Assembly (NCBI GenBank): GCA_003971905.1
Contig: RSEE01000034.1
Span: forward strand, 434,001-498,000
Length of the DNA stretch: 64,000 nt
Source of the DNA: Moniliella sp. 'wahieum'
Taxonomy: Eukaryota
Direction: 5' to 3'
In this document: piece after piece, positions 23,980-36,388 of the stretch
Position numbering within the stretch: the first letter of the stretch is position 1
How the letters are laid out: every line of letters starts with the position of its first letter
Notes under the pieces: model-generated
What the model was told of the DNA's origin: nothing
What the model saw: only the letters and a program-made list of their open reading frames with translations
The model's database searches: none
Program-made: the position numbers and the translations under genes

Positions 23980-25658
23980 TTTTCGGGCTCTTTTTGACTC
24001 CTTTGGCATCATCACATGTTGCTTCATCCCATCTTCATCTCCCTCCTCCAACATTGATGGCATGTATATCTCATCTCAATTCTTCAATTGATGTCGCACT
24101 TGCACCTCAGGCCTCGTTGCTATATATTTATTGAGCTTGAGTATCGCCCGTCAGCGCGTCAGCGTCACGTCTCCGTCAGCACGAGACCACATGAACGGAA
24201 GGATCTCTATATTATGATCTCACCGAGAGAGCTTAATCCAGCCTCGTCGTCAACCGCCCCTGATCAGTCCCAGCTCTGGCAATGTTTGTCCTCCATTGCC
24301 TCTATCCGTCCCCAAGCCCCGGAGGTTTCAGACGCTACGTTACTACGGCCCACAGCCCGGTGCGTATGCAGCCTGGTCATACGTGCAGCCGCGTCCGCTT
24401 CACGCCCAAAGGCCTCACCTCGTCCCTACCTCCGCTCGGATCCACCAACAAGAGCAACCCCGGCGAAACTACCGTGAGGGGTCTGCTAGTGACATTTATC
24501 GCCCAGTTTTTCGCACCTCGGAACAAGAAAGGCTCATACTATGAATGCTACTATTATCCCAGTCCCGGTCACCACATCACGACCTCTTCCCCGGATATCC
24601 TGAAGAGGGTGAGGAGATTTCTCACATCGAGCCCATCTTCGGCTCACTATCAGAGATCCCTCCTCCGTTTTGGCCCTTGACTTCACACTCTTCCGGCCTC
24701 CTCGTCGGATCCTCGCGTCGAGTCGTGGAAGGGTGTCAGCACATCATCCTGTCTAGCCACACACCTTCGGCTCTCTCGTCTATCCGATAGTTTGCCATCT
24801 GCATCATTATTTGCACCCTGTCACGCGTATTATGATGAGAGCCGAGCCGCTGAGCCTTAGCTGCTGTAGCATTGAGCATTTGAGCTTGTCCCAAAATAAA
24901 CCTTTTCCCCACTAATAAGGTGTAAGAGTTATCTACAGCACACACCCTCTCCCAGAAGTCGCTTGCATTTAGAATAGCCAGAGCAAACTGCAACCATCCC
25001 ACTGACCCTAGAGGGACTAGTAGTAGATGAGCAACTAGGCCCCCTAACGGTAGTGTAGTAGATCCGACCAGCACTATCATTCGCTCTCATAGATCGGCAC
25101 CTCCAAAAACGCTCTCGGCCTTCGGCGTACCGCCATATATGCGAGAGACTCCTATTTCCCCAATGGACCCATCTCGGTTGCCACCCTGTCCTGGAAGCCG
25201 ATGGCCGGTGGCCGATCCTCGATACCGCTTGATAGCTGGGCTTATCCTGAGAAGCCGCGTTGATTTGGGGCCAAAAGTTTGCCTCGCCCACAGCAGTCGT
25301 AGTGGTGGCCGCCTTTGCAAAGCCTGTGTTAGCCAGCAAGCGCTTTTTAAACACAGCAACTAGCGGGGCCGATTGGGTCGATTACGTCACGGGGCCTGGC
25401 TTGCGTTGGGCTTCGGTAAGCAGCACGGGGGCAGTATGCGTGAGGCGGGTGCTCGAGCCAGGCTCGGGGGTATGATTAAGATTGGGCTCTGTAGCCGAAA
25501 CAGGTGGGGAGAGTGTGATCACCAGCATTAATGAATGGCCTTAGATTGCCGCCACCTTGGTTTCAAGCGCTGGACAGGCCTAGAGCTTAGACAACCATCA
25601 CCACCGCCACCACCATCACTACTAGCTCTCCGTTTCCCCTCACTCCTCCTTCCGCGTC

Positions 25659-26907
25659 ATGTCTGGCCATCTCAATGCTCCTCGCCGGCCTGAGGACGAG
25701 TACGTGGCGCCTACGCCGCAGAACACTCCTCTCCAAAATCAACCGTTGACGCGCGAAGCGCTCAGCCGCCCCACTGTCGGGACCGTGGCCGAAGAGGATG
25801 AGGAGGCGGCAGCGGCCAATGCACCGAACGAAGAAGCTGCAGCAGCCTTGGCGGGGAACCCTGCCCTTGCCGCATTGTTGGGAGCCCGTCTTGGTCGCTT
25901 GACCGATCATACTCCCAGTGTGTTGGATCAACTGCCTGACTACATACGCCGCCGCGCCCTCGCTCTCGAAGGCCTGCAAGCTCAGCACCTTGGAGTCGAG
26001 TCCGAGTTCCAGAAGGAGTTAATGGAGATTGAGCGCAAGTTTCAAGCCAAGTATGAGCCGCTCTATCAGCAGCGTAAAGCCATTATCTTGGGCAAGGTTG
26101 AGCCCACGGCCGAACTTGTCGAAGAAGGCGAGAAGGCGAAGGCTGAACGTGCTGAATCATCTCCTACTGAAAAGGAACCGGTCAAGAATTTGGCACAAGT
26201 CAAAGCCCCGGACGGACGGAGAAAAGGGCATTCCCAGCTTTTGGTTTACGGCCCTGCACACTCACACCGGCTTTTCGGACATAATCTCTGACCGCGACGA
26301 GGAAGCGCTGTCCTTTTTGGACGACATTCGCTCTGAGCTGCTCCCGGCAGGGGGTCCGGCAGGATACAAACTAACTTTTGAATTTTCCCCGAACAACACG
26401 TTCTTCAAGAACACGATCTTGACCAAGACGTACTACTACCGTGACGAGGTGGGCGGCAATGGCGACTTGATTTATGACCACGCCGAAGGTTGCTCGATTG
26501 AATGGGTGAGTAGTGAAAAGGACCTGACCACGCGGATCGAGACCAAGAAGCAGCGTAACAAGAACACAAACCAGGTGCGCGTTGTCAAGAGATCCGTTCC
26601 CACCGACTCATTCTTCAACTTCTTTTCTCTCCCACGCCCCTTCAGGAGACGAGGACTCGGACGACGAGGTGGAAGAAATTGAAGAGCGACTTGCGATCGA
26701 CTACCAGCTTGGGGAGGAGATCAAGGAGCGTATGTTCCACACGCCATTCAGTTCTTCACCGGCGAGGCGTTGAACTATGAGGAGTTTGACGATATCAATG
26801 GCTTGGATGACGAAGATGACGATGACGATGACGACGATGATGATGCACCAGTCGCTCAGGGAGCCACGGCCCAGTCGGCAGACCCGCAAGAGTGCCGCCA
26901 GCAGTAG
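25659..26907 (+). CDS. NAP1: Nucleosome assembly protein 1
   Basis: GIPSFW, FFKNTILTKTYYY, IETKKQRNKNT and DSFFNFF motifs, acidic tail, C-terminal ECRQQ (CaaX-like). Confidence 0.95.
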
Positions 26908-27644
26908 CGTGGCTTGGCTTTCTCGTTAAACTTGTTGTCCTACTTCGTCTTCAATTGATGGCTCTTGTTGCTCTTCGGGGCGAAGCAGTCGTTTTCCCTT
27001 ACTCGGCCTCCACAATTATGAGTTTCTCTTTTCATGCGATATAGTCTCCTTGCGGCTATAGATGCTTCTGATATGGGAAGGTAGATGCTCCCAAGTTGGG
27101 AGTTGGATCCAGAAAACATGTTTGTTGAGGTGCATGCGATCAAGTCTCCCAGCCAGTTGTGGAGCCCCGCTTGTGATCTACCAGGTCAGCCTCAGCATCC
27201 ACACCATGTGAAGTCGGAAGAACACAATTATGAAATGTACACTCAGGTGACCGGTGATCCAATGAGTGTCACGTGCACAAACCTATCCATTTCTTGCGCC
27301 ATGAGAAGCTAAGGATCAGTCTCTATGGGTTGTGACCTTTCTGCGCTGTGGCGCTGTATCAGCATGGGGTAAGTGTCCATCCTACAACCCTATTTGCCGC
27401 GGTTCCGACTCCGTCCAGGATACCCTTCCTGCCTCGCCGTGGAGAGCAAGCGTTTGAACTTACGCATCGTCAAGAGGTACGCATGCGCTCATGAGAACGG
27501 CAAGGGCGCCGCCTGGCTATCCCTCTTTGGCATGGGAGCCCTTGTTGGGACGAATGCCTGGATATTCCTTGCTGCTCGGGCCCTGTCGACTCCTGTTGGT
27601 TGGTCGGGCTATGTACTAACCTGCTTCTTTCCAGTCTCTCCAAG

Positions 27645-28022
27645 ATGGTTAACGTCCCTAAGACTCGCCGCACCTATTGCAAGGGCAAGGACTGCAAGAA
27701 GCACACGTGAGTATTGCCATTTTTGATGAGTTTGCCATGGATACTAATTCTTTGGGTTGAACAGCCCCCACAAGTGACCCAGTACAAGACGGGCAAGGCA
27801 TCGCTCTACGCCCAGGGTAAGCGCCGTTACGACCGGAAGCAGAAGGGTTACGGTGGTCAGACCAAGCCCGTCTTCCACAAGAAGGCCAAGACGACCAAGA
27901 AGGTTGTGCTGCGTCTTGAGTGCTCGGCATGCAAGTACCGTTCGCACGTGGCCCTCAAGCGCTGCAAGCACTTCGAGCTTGGCGGTGACAAGAAGCAGAA
28001 GGGTGCTGCCCTTTCGTTCTAA
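27645..28022 (+). CDS. RPL42: 60S ribosomal protein eL42 (L42/L44), one coding intron (about 27707-27763)
   Basis: [63 protein letters not shown]. Confidence 0.97.
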
Positions 28023-28587
28023 GCGTGTTACTTTTAATCACGCTCGGTGTCCTCCTTCTGCGTCCATGTCAAGTCGCCACGACGAATTGCTCCATGTCGC
28101 TTCGTTGCAAGTCACTTCACTCCGGGGCCTGAGGGTAGGTACACCGTCGCCTTCACCTATGCTCGGGATTTTTCCCAGTTATGCCACGGCCCATAGTTGC
28201 TCTATGGCCATCAAAAAATTTGCATTTTGCATGCCGGTCCTTCAGTTACCGCAGCAGAACCAGGCAAACTCTCAGCTCTCGTCGTATAGCACGGCTTCTT
28301 GTCCACTTCATACGTCCGGCTTCTATGGTAGTGAGCGTGCCGCGAGGTTGGGGCTAAATCAGTTTGGCGATACGATGCGTATTGGTGCAGTTGTCTGCCA
28401 TATCGTGCTAGGGTTGGGAATTGAAATTGCACTCCTCGCACGCATTTGCGCATCAACCTCTTCAGCCCTTTAGCTGCCCCATCCTGATTGATGGCCCGTA
28501 GCGCCAGCCAACACACTCCCTTCAACCAGTTCCAAGGCCGTAGGACGTCGGTCCTGCTGGTGTTTGCTTGGGCAGGTACCTTTTGCC

Positions 28588-29364
28588 ATGGCACAGAATG
28601 CTGTGATCGCCCCCTCCGCCCTCTCAGAACATGCCTCGTGGGCGGAGCAGACCCTCACGTACCATCCTACCGAGTATGTCATCACCAACCCTTCCCAAAA
28701 CAAGGTCTCTCGCCTCACCACCATCTTGGGTGGCAGCAACATTATGCTTGGGGGAAGGTGTATCATCCGAGCTGGTGTCATCCTTCGTGGTGACCTCCGC
28801 CGCCCGATCGCAGCCCCTCCCGCACCCAGCCGACCTGCCACTGATGGGGCTGGTTCAACTGCGGCCCAGCAGACCGCCCAACGTGCAGCTGCGATGGCTG
28901 CCGCCGCTCATCAGCGTTCGGGTGTGGTGCTTTCCTCTGGGCGGTACTGCCTGTTTGACGAGGGTGCTATCATTCGTCCACCTTTCAAGACCTATAGGGG
29001 CGGGTTTTCCTTTTTTCCGGTCAAAATTGGGGACTTTGTCCGAGTGGGTCCTGGCTCGATCGTCCAAGCAGCCATGATTGGCAATTGCGTCGACATTGGG
29101 CGCAACTGTGTCATTGGACGATGGTGCTATATCAAGGAATCAGCCGTAATCCTTGATGGTACCGTTCTCGCGCCCAACACAATGGTGCCCAGCCTCACCG
29201 TCTGGGGCGGATCGCCTGGTACGTGGAAGATCTCGACTGATGCGAAACGGGCGCTAACCTTTTGTTTGACAGGACGACAGATTGCTGAGCTGCCCGAGTC
29301 GTTTACGGCTACCCATGAAGCTCGACTGCGGGGGTACTACAACCGCTTCAAGCCAGTTGCCTGA
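28588..29364 (+). CDS. DCTN5: Dynactin subunit 5 (p25), left-handed beta-helix
   Basis: NKVSR..ILGGSNIMLGGRCII..ILRGDLRR, IIRPP, hexapeptide repeats; probable intron at about 29219-29272. Confidence 0.9.
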   Translation: MAQNAVIAPSALSEHASWAEQTLTYHPTEYVITNPSQNKVSRLTTILGGSNIMLGGRCIIRAGVILRGDLRRPIAAPPAPSRPATDGAGSTAAQQTAQRAAAMAAAAHQRSGVVLSSGRYCLFDEGAIIRPPFKTYRGGFSFFPVKIGDFVRVGPGSIVQAAMIGNCVDIGRNCVIGRWCYIKESAVILDGTVLAPNTMVPSLTVWGGSPGTWKISTDAKRALTFCLTGRQIAELPESFTATHEARLRGYYNRFKPVA

Positions 29365-29547
29365 AGATTTCGTTCATCATTCCTATACACTCTTCCCTCT
29401 TTATTCTGCCAAGAAAAATGCCAACTACCGTAACTTGTGACCATCGCCACTTGAGAAGCAAGTGTCCTATAGGCGCGTTAGTATCTCTGGCAGCGACTCA
29501 TGTATAGATGCGATTACTATGCTAGCCAAAGGGGCGGCCTAAGCCAT

Positions 29548-29979
29548 TCAAATGAGCAAACGCTCGATCTGCAGAGAGGTTGTTAGATAAATGACGAGAC
29601 AAAAATCAGTGACACGTACGGCAAGCTTAATCGTCTGAATCTGGCTCTGCAGCTCACGCGCCTCGTTGGTCGTGACAGAGGCAGCAATGACAGGGCGAGA
29701 GACGTTGCAGGCACGGCCGAGCGCCGTCTTGGAGGGAACAAAGACGTAGGGCACGTTCTTGTCTTCGCACAGAAGGGGGAGCGAAAGCACAATCTCGATC
29801 GGCTCCGTGTCAGCGGCCATGACGATGAACTCGCAGATACCACGGTTCAGCGTCTTAGTTGCTTCGTTGGCACCCTTCTTGAGTTGCTTGTAGTGCGAGG
29901 CCTGCTGGACCAGATCAAGAATCTGGTTGGTCAAAGTCGCATCGGCGAGGGGGAACGCCTTGGGGCTGATAGCAGACAT
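29548..29979 (-). CDS. SNU13: 15.5 kDa snRNP/snoRNP protein (L7Ae family)
   Basis: [46 protein letters not shown]; short 3' intron at about 29569-29619. Confidence 0.96.
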   Translation of the reverse strand: MSAISPKAFPLADATLTNQILDLVQQASHYKQLKKGANEATKTLNRGICEFIVMAADTEPIEIVLSLPLLCEDKNVPYVFVPSKTALGRACNVSRPVIAASVTTNEARELQSQIQTIKLAVRVTDFCLVIYLTTSLQIERLLI

Positions 29980-30315
29980 AATGGAAGGTAGGGGTGGAGA
30001 GATAAGAAGGGATGTACTGTCAAAGACCTCACGACCGGGGATCACAGGTCGAGACAGTGGCAAAAAACGCTGCTGGGATGGTGGTAAAGGTCGGGACTTC
30101 CGCAAACTGCCCGCTTCGTTAGGACACAACCAGTGCACTGAAGAAAAATTGCTGCTGTGGCGGAATACATTTCTGGCGGAATTTGCGCGAGCGTGGGGGG
30201 CTGCAGCCGGAGACGCGGGCAGAACAGGGAAGCGCGACGCTACTTCTACCATCACCATCACCACCATTACCTCCATCAGGATCCGGACTTGAAGCGGAGC
30301 TGATAATAACCCATC

Positions 30316-31764
30316 ATGTCACGCGCCCCGTTCCTGGCCATCCGTCGGGGGGTAACTCCCACGTCCCACAACACCCTGCATCTTCCCAGCCGCAATCGTC
30401 CGTGGCGGAGATCCCGGGCCGCCGCGTCGATCCCAACACGCAGCAGGATCTCCAACAGCATGTGGCCGCCATGCTGGGACGTCGAACAATCAGCTTTCCT
30501 GGGGCGCAGCCAGTGTCATTCATGCAAAGTGATGTGCGCCGGCTGATTGACCAGGACTTTTGGGTGTGCGAAAAATCGGATGGGCAACGCGTGTTGGCAT
30601 ACATTGTGTGGTCCCCACACGTCAAGCGCCAGTTCGTCTACCTTATTGACCGCAAGAACAACTACTATCAGATCGATGGGGTACATTTTCCCTCTATCGA
30701 GGGACCTGTGTACGAAACGCTGATTGATGGTGAACTGCTCTGGGATACGCGTAAGAGCGGACGCCGGATCTTGCGCTTGCTCCGTTTGACGCCCTCGTCA
30801 TCAATGGGCAACCTGTGCATCACAGATCTTCTTCGAGCGGTACCGTGCGTTGAAGAAGGCTGTGTGCGATCCCTTTGCCAATTTCATGCGAAAACGCCCC
30901 CAAGCTGTATCACGCTTCCCATTCGAGGTATTGATCAAGCACATGGATAGCTCCTACCATCTGGAGTATGTCCTAAAGCAAACATCCAAGCTCGAACACG
31001 CAAGTGATGGTCTTATTTTCACACGTCTGAACACCCCTTACCGCTTTGGTACGGACAACGACATTCTCAAATGGAAACCGGCGGAGGAGAACTCGATTGA
31101 CTTCAAACTTCGACTGCGATTTCCTCCGCTACGCTCTCACGGGGGCGGGCCAAGCGAGGCTGATTTTCAGGCCAAGCCTTTTTTTCAGTTGGATATGTAC
31201 TCCGGGCGTGGTGCCGCGGCGGCAGATCGGACCGGGTACGAATATTTCGACTATGCTGACATGTCAGACGCCGAATGGGAGGAGATGAAAGCGTCGGGCG
31301 AGCAATATGACGATCGGATCGTTGAATGCGCTTGGGAGACCGAGGGGGAGTTGCCGGGCGTCGAGTATCCAAGGTGGGTCATCACCCGCATCCGCGCGGA
31401 CAAGCAAGATGGCAACCATGTAACCGTGGTGAACAGCGTCATCCGATCCATCACGGACGGAGTAACGCTTCAGCAGGTAAGCAATCTCTCCAACCCTTTT
31501 CGTACCAAATTCTTACAGATTTTGCTACTCCAGTTACAGGAAGCGGTACCCGCCATGCGCGAAGCGTGGAAGTCATCCGCGCGGGAAGATGCTCGCAAAA
31601 GGCAAGTCCCTGGATCGGCATCTCAAACGCTGCACACTCAAGCTGCCCCTGGTGTGCCTGGCGGAATGATTTCTTCCTCTTTCCCTGGCCCCATCCCACT
31701 CCCATCAAAACCTGGCCTAGGCCCACCAATGCCACTGGGTGGGCCCGCTCATCTGGTGCGGTGA
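30316..31764 (+). CDS. CEG1: mRNA capping enzyme alpha subunit (guanylyltransferase)
   Basis: [16 protein letters not shown] (KxDG), DGEL, DGLIF, LKWKP and RADK..GNH motifs; indels and a probable 3' intron at 31476. Confidence 0.93.
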
Positions 31765-32812
31765 GAGCGACATCGAGTGTGTACATGTATTGTTATTCCT
31801 TGTACGCTGTAGGATGTGGGATGTTTTATTAGGCTGCTCCAAGCTGCTTGTACTCAAGTTTGGTAAAATGACTCTTACAAAATGCTAGATGGGTTTTAAA
31901 CGGGGGACGAGGAGATCCTTTCTCGACGGACTTACTGAGTACGATCACGCCACCTCAGTGATCCGGGAGAGTTGGGGAGGATGGATGTAGACTGCCTTCA
32001 CGGAATCAACCTGCTTGCCACATTATACATCCTGATGCCAGGTAAAATGGAGCAAAGCACTGCGCCTTGCAGCTGGGCGTTTTGACCAGTACTCAGCGCA
32101 AACCACATTACCACAATTGTTTTGGCACTGCCTGCTATGGATACCATGAGGCCCAATGACAAGTCTCATAAAAATTTGCCGTACCCAGCACATTTGACAG
32201 CCCTAGTAACCATGGGACAATGGGTTTGGGTGCCCTTGCTGTTGCCGCTACTTCAACAGTCAATGTATCTTTGGGGTCAGAGGGGCTCGATGCCGAGGCA
32301 AGGTGATGAGGGGAGATGGAAGACCGCTCAGGAAGTCTTTTCCCGCCAAGGCCAACCAAACGAGTTGTGTCTGCGAGTTGCCCCATACAACCACCCGGCT
32401 TCGGACAAGCGCACCGAACCACACGACCGTTACCATTTTGGGTTACTGTGTTGGTGATGCCTTCTGCTGGTGGATCTGGAGCCCGTCCACATCCTTTTGC
32501 CATCATACTGCGAACGATTTTCAAGCTCGTTTGGGAGTTGAATATACCCAACTCAATAGAGGCCCCGTCCATGGTCGTCATTGGGTTTTCACTTTCATCA
32601 CAGGTTAGCACGTGAAGAATAAACAGCAGCTAACAGACACATCACAGCGGACCACAACTGGCAAGTGGATTGCCACTTTGTACTGATCACGTCGACGGTC
32701 CCACTTCGGTGTCGACTCCTTCCGCTTTGTGCTGGTCTTCCGAGCCCACATGGATGCCTACAAATACGGCAAGAATGAAGAAGACGGGACTCCAACGATG
32801 AAAACGGGGCGA

Positions 32813-34297
32813 TTAGATTTGGCCAAAGATAGACCCTTCAATGACGCCTTCGTCTGCTGGGTCTCGTGACCTACCCACCTCCTCCGGGGGAGAGGGGTTG
32901 TCTCCTTCAAGAACGCGGAGGTAAAGCTGGCGAGCAACGCCGCTGTTCTCCTCATCACGCAGTTGAAGATGCATCTGAGGGTTCATTGGGTCGTCCTTGG
33001 CAAAGAGTGATCCCGAGTAAACTTGCGTGTCGGAACGCATCGTTAAGCGACGAAGCTCACGGTGCAAGTACTCGGTCACCAGTTCCAGCTGCTGAGGGAA
33101 AGCAAGTTCGGGATAGTCGACGGCCGAATTGATCGCCTCCGATGCAGCTTCTGTTGGGACGGAAAACTGGCCGGGTACAACACGGCCCGAGTAGAGAGTG
33201 GTGTTGCCAATGGGCATGACGGGTAGGAACGGATCACGCTTACCAGCTTCGATGGCTTTCGTACGTTCCTCCTGGGCCTTGAGCTCGGCCTCACGACGAG
33301 CCTTTTCCATCTCTTCTTGGTCGGCCTCCGGCTGGTCCGAATCAACGTCCGAGATCTTGGCTCTCACGCCACCCACGGCATCGAACCCGCGAGCAAACCC
33401 ACCGGCACCCCACACGATACGCCACAAGGCCGAGGCAAATTTGGCGTCGGGCTGAATCACACCGTAAAGTCCAGCTTTTTGACCGGAGATTGCGCCAGAG
33501 CCTCATCCAAGGCAAAAACCAAGCCTCGATGTTGCTGGTGAAGGTCCTTCATGAACTTGCGGACCAGTCGCTCCCGCTTGATATGATACTCAGTTTGCAT
33601 CCTCTGCTCCGCATCGAGGAAAAAGTGGTTAGTAAGTTCTTGGGCGTATACGGTAGCCCCAGCTTGCTTGGGAAGGGTGCGCAGGCGAACGTGGACCATC
33701 CATACATGAATCGCGGTGACGGCCCACCATGTTTGGAACGTGCGCGGAAGGCCACAGACTGAAGCAAACGGACGAGAAACAGCAGGTCAGGACCCAGGCT
33801 ACCAGGGATTCCGTTGGGTACATACCTCCATACCAAAACCAGGCCTGGTGCTCATGAATGTCGGCGCACGCATTGTACACTTTATTGGTAGCGTAGGAAG
33901 CACGGTAGGAGGGCATGGTCGTGCCCACAACACGGGCGAGTTTGGTAGCGACCCAAACAGTGAGTGCATTGTGTTTTGGGCGCCCAGGGCTGATTTTGGC
34001 TTGGCGGACTTCTTCAATATGCTCCACAGCGCGCTGACCATCGATTTTGGCATTGTCCGGTTGGGAATCCTCCGCCTGTTCGATAGCACGCGCTTCGCGT
34101 ACAGTCATCTTTGGGGAACGCGGGGAAGAGGGAGGCTTGGGGGGCTTGCGGGACGTGGATGAGGTCGCAGTCCGGGGGGGCCTTGGGGTCGCCTTGGCGA
34201 CGCGGACCGAGGACACTAGGGTACGCACGGAAAAAGGAAAAGATGGCCGCGCCGCGCCGCGGCGAACAAGCTGAGCCGACCGGAAGGCGACGAGCAT
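32813..34297 (-). CDS. CBP3: Ubiquinol-cytochrome c reductase chaperone
   Basis: Mitochondrial presequence; FWY, WMVHVRLR, QELTNHFFLDAEQRM, HRGLVFALDEAL and DAKFASALWR motifs; intron at about 33825-33759. Confidence 0.88.
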
Positions 34298-34470
34298 AGC
34301 GAGCGCTGGGGGGGGGGGAAGGGGGTGCAAGCGATGCCGGTGGTGCTCCTCCTGGTAGGCGCCTGGCCTGGCAAACGACAGAAGACCAGGGCGGGTGGGC
34401 GGAATTGCCGTTGGATATTTTCCCTGGGCCCTAGTAGGCACGCCCCAGCGATCGACGATAATGATCTCAA

Positions 34471-34491
34471 TCGATAATCGATAATCGATAA
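34471..34491. repeat. (TCGA TAA)x3 array between the divergent CBP3 and SFT2 pseudogene
   Basis: Read directly from the sequence. Confidence 0.9.
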
Positions 34492-34789
34492 CCGCGATAT
34501 AATCGACAGACAAGTGACTAACACAGTTGCATAGTTTTGTTCACTGCCGCGGAAAAGGCCAATGATGCCACAGCGTCTGGTCCAACGCCTTCACCAAGGT
34601 CGCCTTCAACCAATCTCTCAACTCGAGCAACGAGAGCGAGACAGGCGCCTCGTCCTATGGGCCAACCCCCTTCTGCAGCCAGTTGCGCGACACGCCTGCC
34701 TAGACTGTGTGGTGCTGCCAATGACGGTGGAGGATACCCATTTTCTGTCGCCTCAGGCAATGCTGTCGATGACAGTGGGTCAGCATCCC

Positions 34790-35414
34790 GATGGATCAAT
34801 GTTGAAAGCGAAAACTAAACTTACACCGAGCGACAGGAGGGAGAACTCGGAGTTTAAGAGGCGGGGCTTTGAGTTGACACTGGGCAGCAGTTAGAGCATC
34901 TTAGGTTTTCTTGGATGGTGAGTTGTTATGCCGAAACTATATGCCCAATGTGTCTAGGCCCCTTCCCCACACCGTGCTAACATCTTCCTCGGTATCGTCG
35001 CATCTGGATTTGTCATTTCCCTGCGTGGCACCTTCTTGCTCATTACAGATATTAGCCATACCGGATTCGTCATTCTCTATTCGTTCGGCGTGATGATATT
35101 CTTGACCGCGGCTGGATTCCTCATTGGAGTACGCACCACTTCGATCATTGCCAGGCGTGTGTGTTGACATGACTGATATACAGTTTGCTTGCCACCTCAC
35201 ACTCATGTTCAAGCCAGCGCGCATTTGTGGCTACAGGATTGATGATTAGGGCGCTTGTCCTGGTCTGGATCGCAGCCATTTAGTGATGGAGATTCCGTTT
35301 CTGACCCTCATTTTCTACATTCTCCTCTGCATCTTCTACCTGTAGTATGCATTGTCCTTCAACATTCTCGGTACCCACAACTTCCTCAAGGGCATGTTCT
35401 CCAAGATCATTTGA
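34790..35414 (+). pseudogene. SFT2/Got1-family vesicle-transport membrane protein pseudogene
   Basis: Fragments RWINVESEN*TYTE, GFELT, ILGFLGC, GFVISL.GTFLL..FVILYSFG..FL..GFLIG/F..LTLMFKPARI..AT and FYL*YALSF; stops at 34816 and 35343; intron-1 acceptor reads CGG (34990-34992). Confidence 0.75.
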
Positions 35415-36349
35415 TCCACAGACATAGTTGTATTTGACGGAAGGCACGAAGCCAGAGGGAACAGGCCATCTCTTCACGACGGATAAGAAATTTTGTTTTA
35501 CTCTCAACCTCTGCTCTTTCAGAAGCCCTTTCGGCTAGTTGAGGGGACACTGTACCCATGCGCATGTGCACATTCAGCCTAGAGGGACGATCTCACAAAC
35601 CTGCACTCCACTGTATTGTTTTATTCGTTCATATTGATCAGCGAAACACGTCGCAGGCTTCATCTTTCATCCAGGATGATGCATATTCCAGCACCTGCCA
35701 GCACCTGTTGCTAGCTCCTGCTTCCTCGTCAAATGCAAAAGCCTTCCTAACCGTATAGTGAGATGTGCAAAGACTGTTGAGATGGTCTCTCCAAAACGAA
35801 GGCTTCTAATTTGATCAGGTCTTGATGTTCACTAGTCTAGGCAAGGCCCAAGATGGCAGTGTCGATGTCATTAATGATGCACCGCGCTGTCTATTCTCGT
35901 CATGCCTGTTGGGCATGTACCGCTTGTGCCTGTGCTCAAGGGGAGGGGGGGGGGCGTTTTCTTAAACTAATACATGTGCATGGACCTGTGGGTCCACTCG
36001 AGGCTGCTACCACTAAGGATACAGCGCCCCAACTCCCAGGGTAGAGAGTAATAGAAGAGAGCGATGGTCCATACCGCTACTGCTCTTCTAACGCTCTCTT
36101 CTCATCGCCGTGAAGAGTGAAGGGAAATCCCAAAAGTCTTCAAACAACAGCATGTATTCATCTCGTCAAAATTGCTCGTGGGGATGCCAGCAGTCGTGGC
36201 AATACAAGTGGAGCGTTGCGGGCGGCCAACCAAGCGCCCAAGCCACAAGATGCACCTGAAGAGACAGTTTCCCCCGGACCCAACAGAGAGTTATAATTTT
36301 TTGCGACCAGCAGTGCGCCAACACGTGCCTCACAAGGGGTGGGCCGCGA

Positions 36350-36388
36350 CGCGTTATGCATAACGCGTCACGCGTCACGCGTTACGCA
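36350..36388. repeat. Mixed array CGCG TTA TGCA TAA CGCG TCA CGCG TCA CGCG TTA
   Basis: Read directly; overlaps a perfect 22-bp palindrome at 36348-36369. Confidence 0.92.

Noticed and set aside
29980..30276. N-terminal extension of SNU13 in the 242-aa ORF
   Set aside because: The family starts at [11 protein letters not shown]; the extension spans the divergent promoter shared with CEG1
31850..32750. Possible further pseudogenes here and at about 1.3-1.7, 21.8-22.5, 41.8-42.8 and 58.9-59.4 kb
   Set aside because: Short ORFs are present but I recognised no motif or consistent splice structure; BLASTx would be needed
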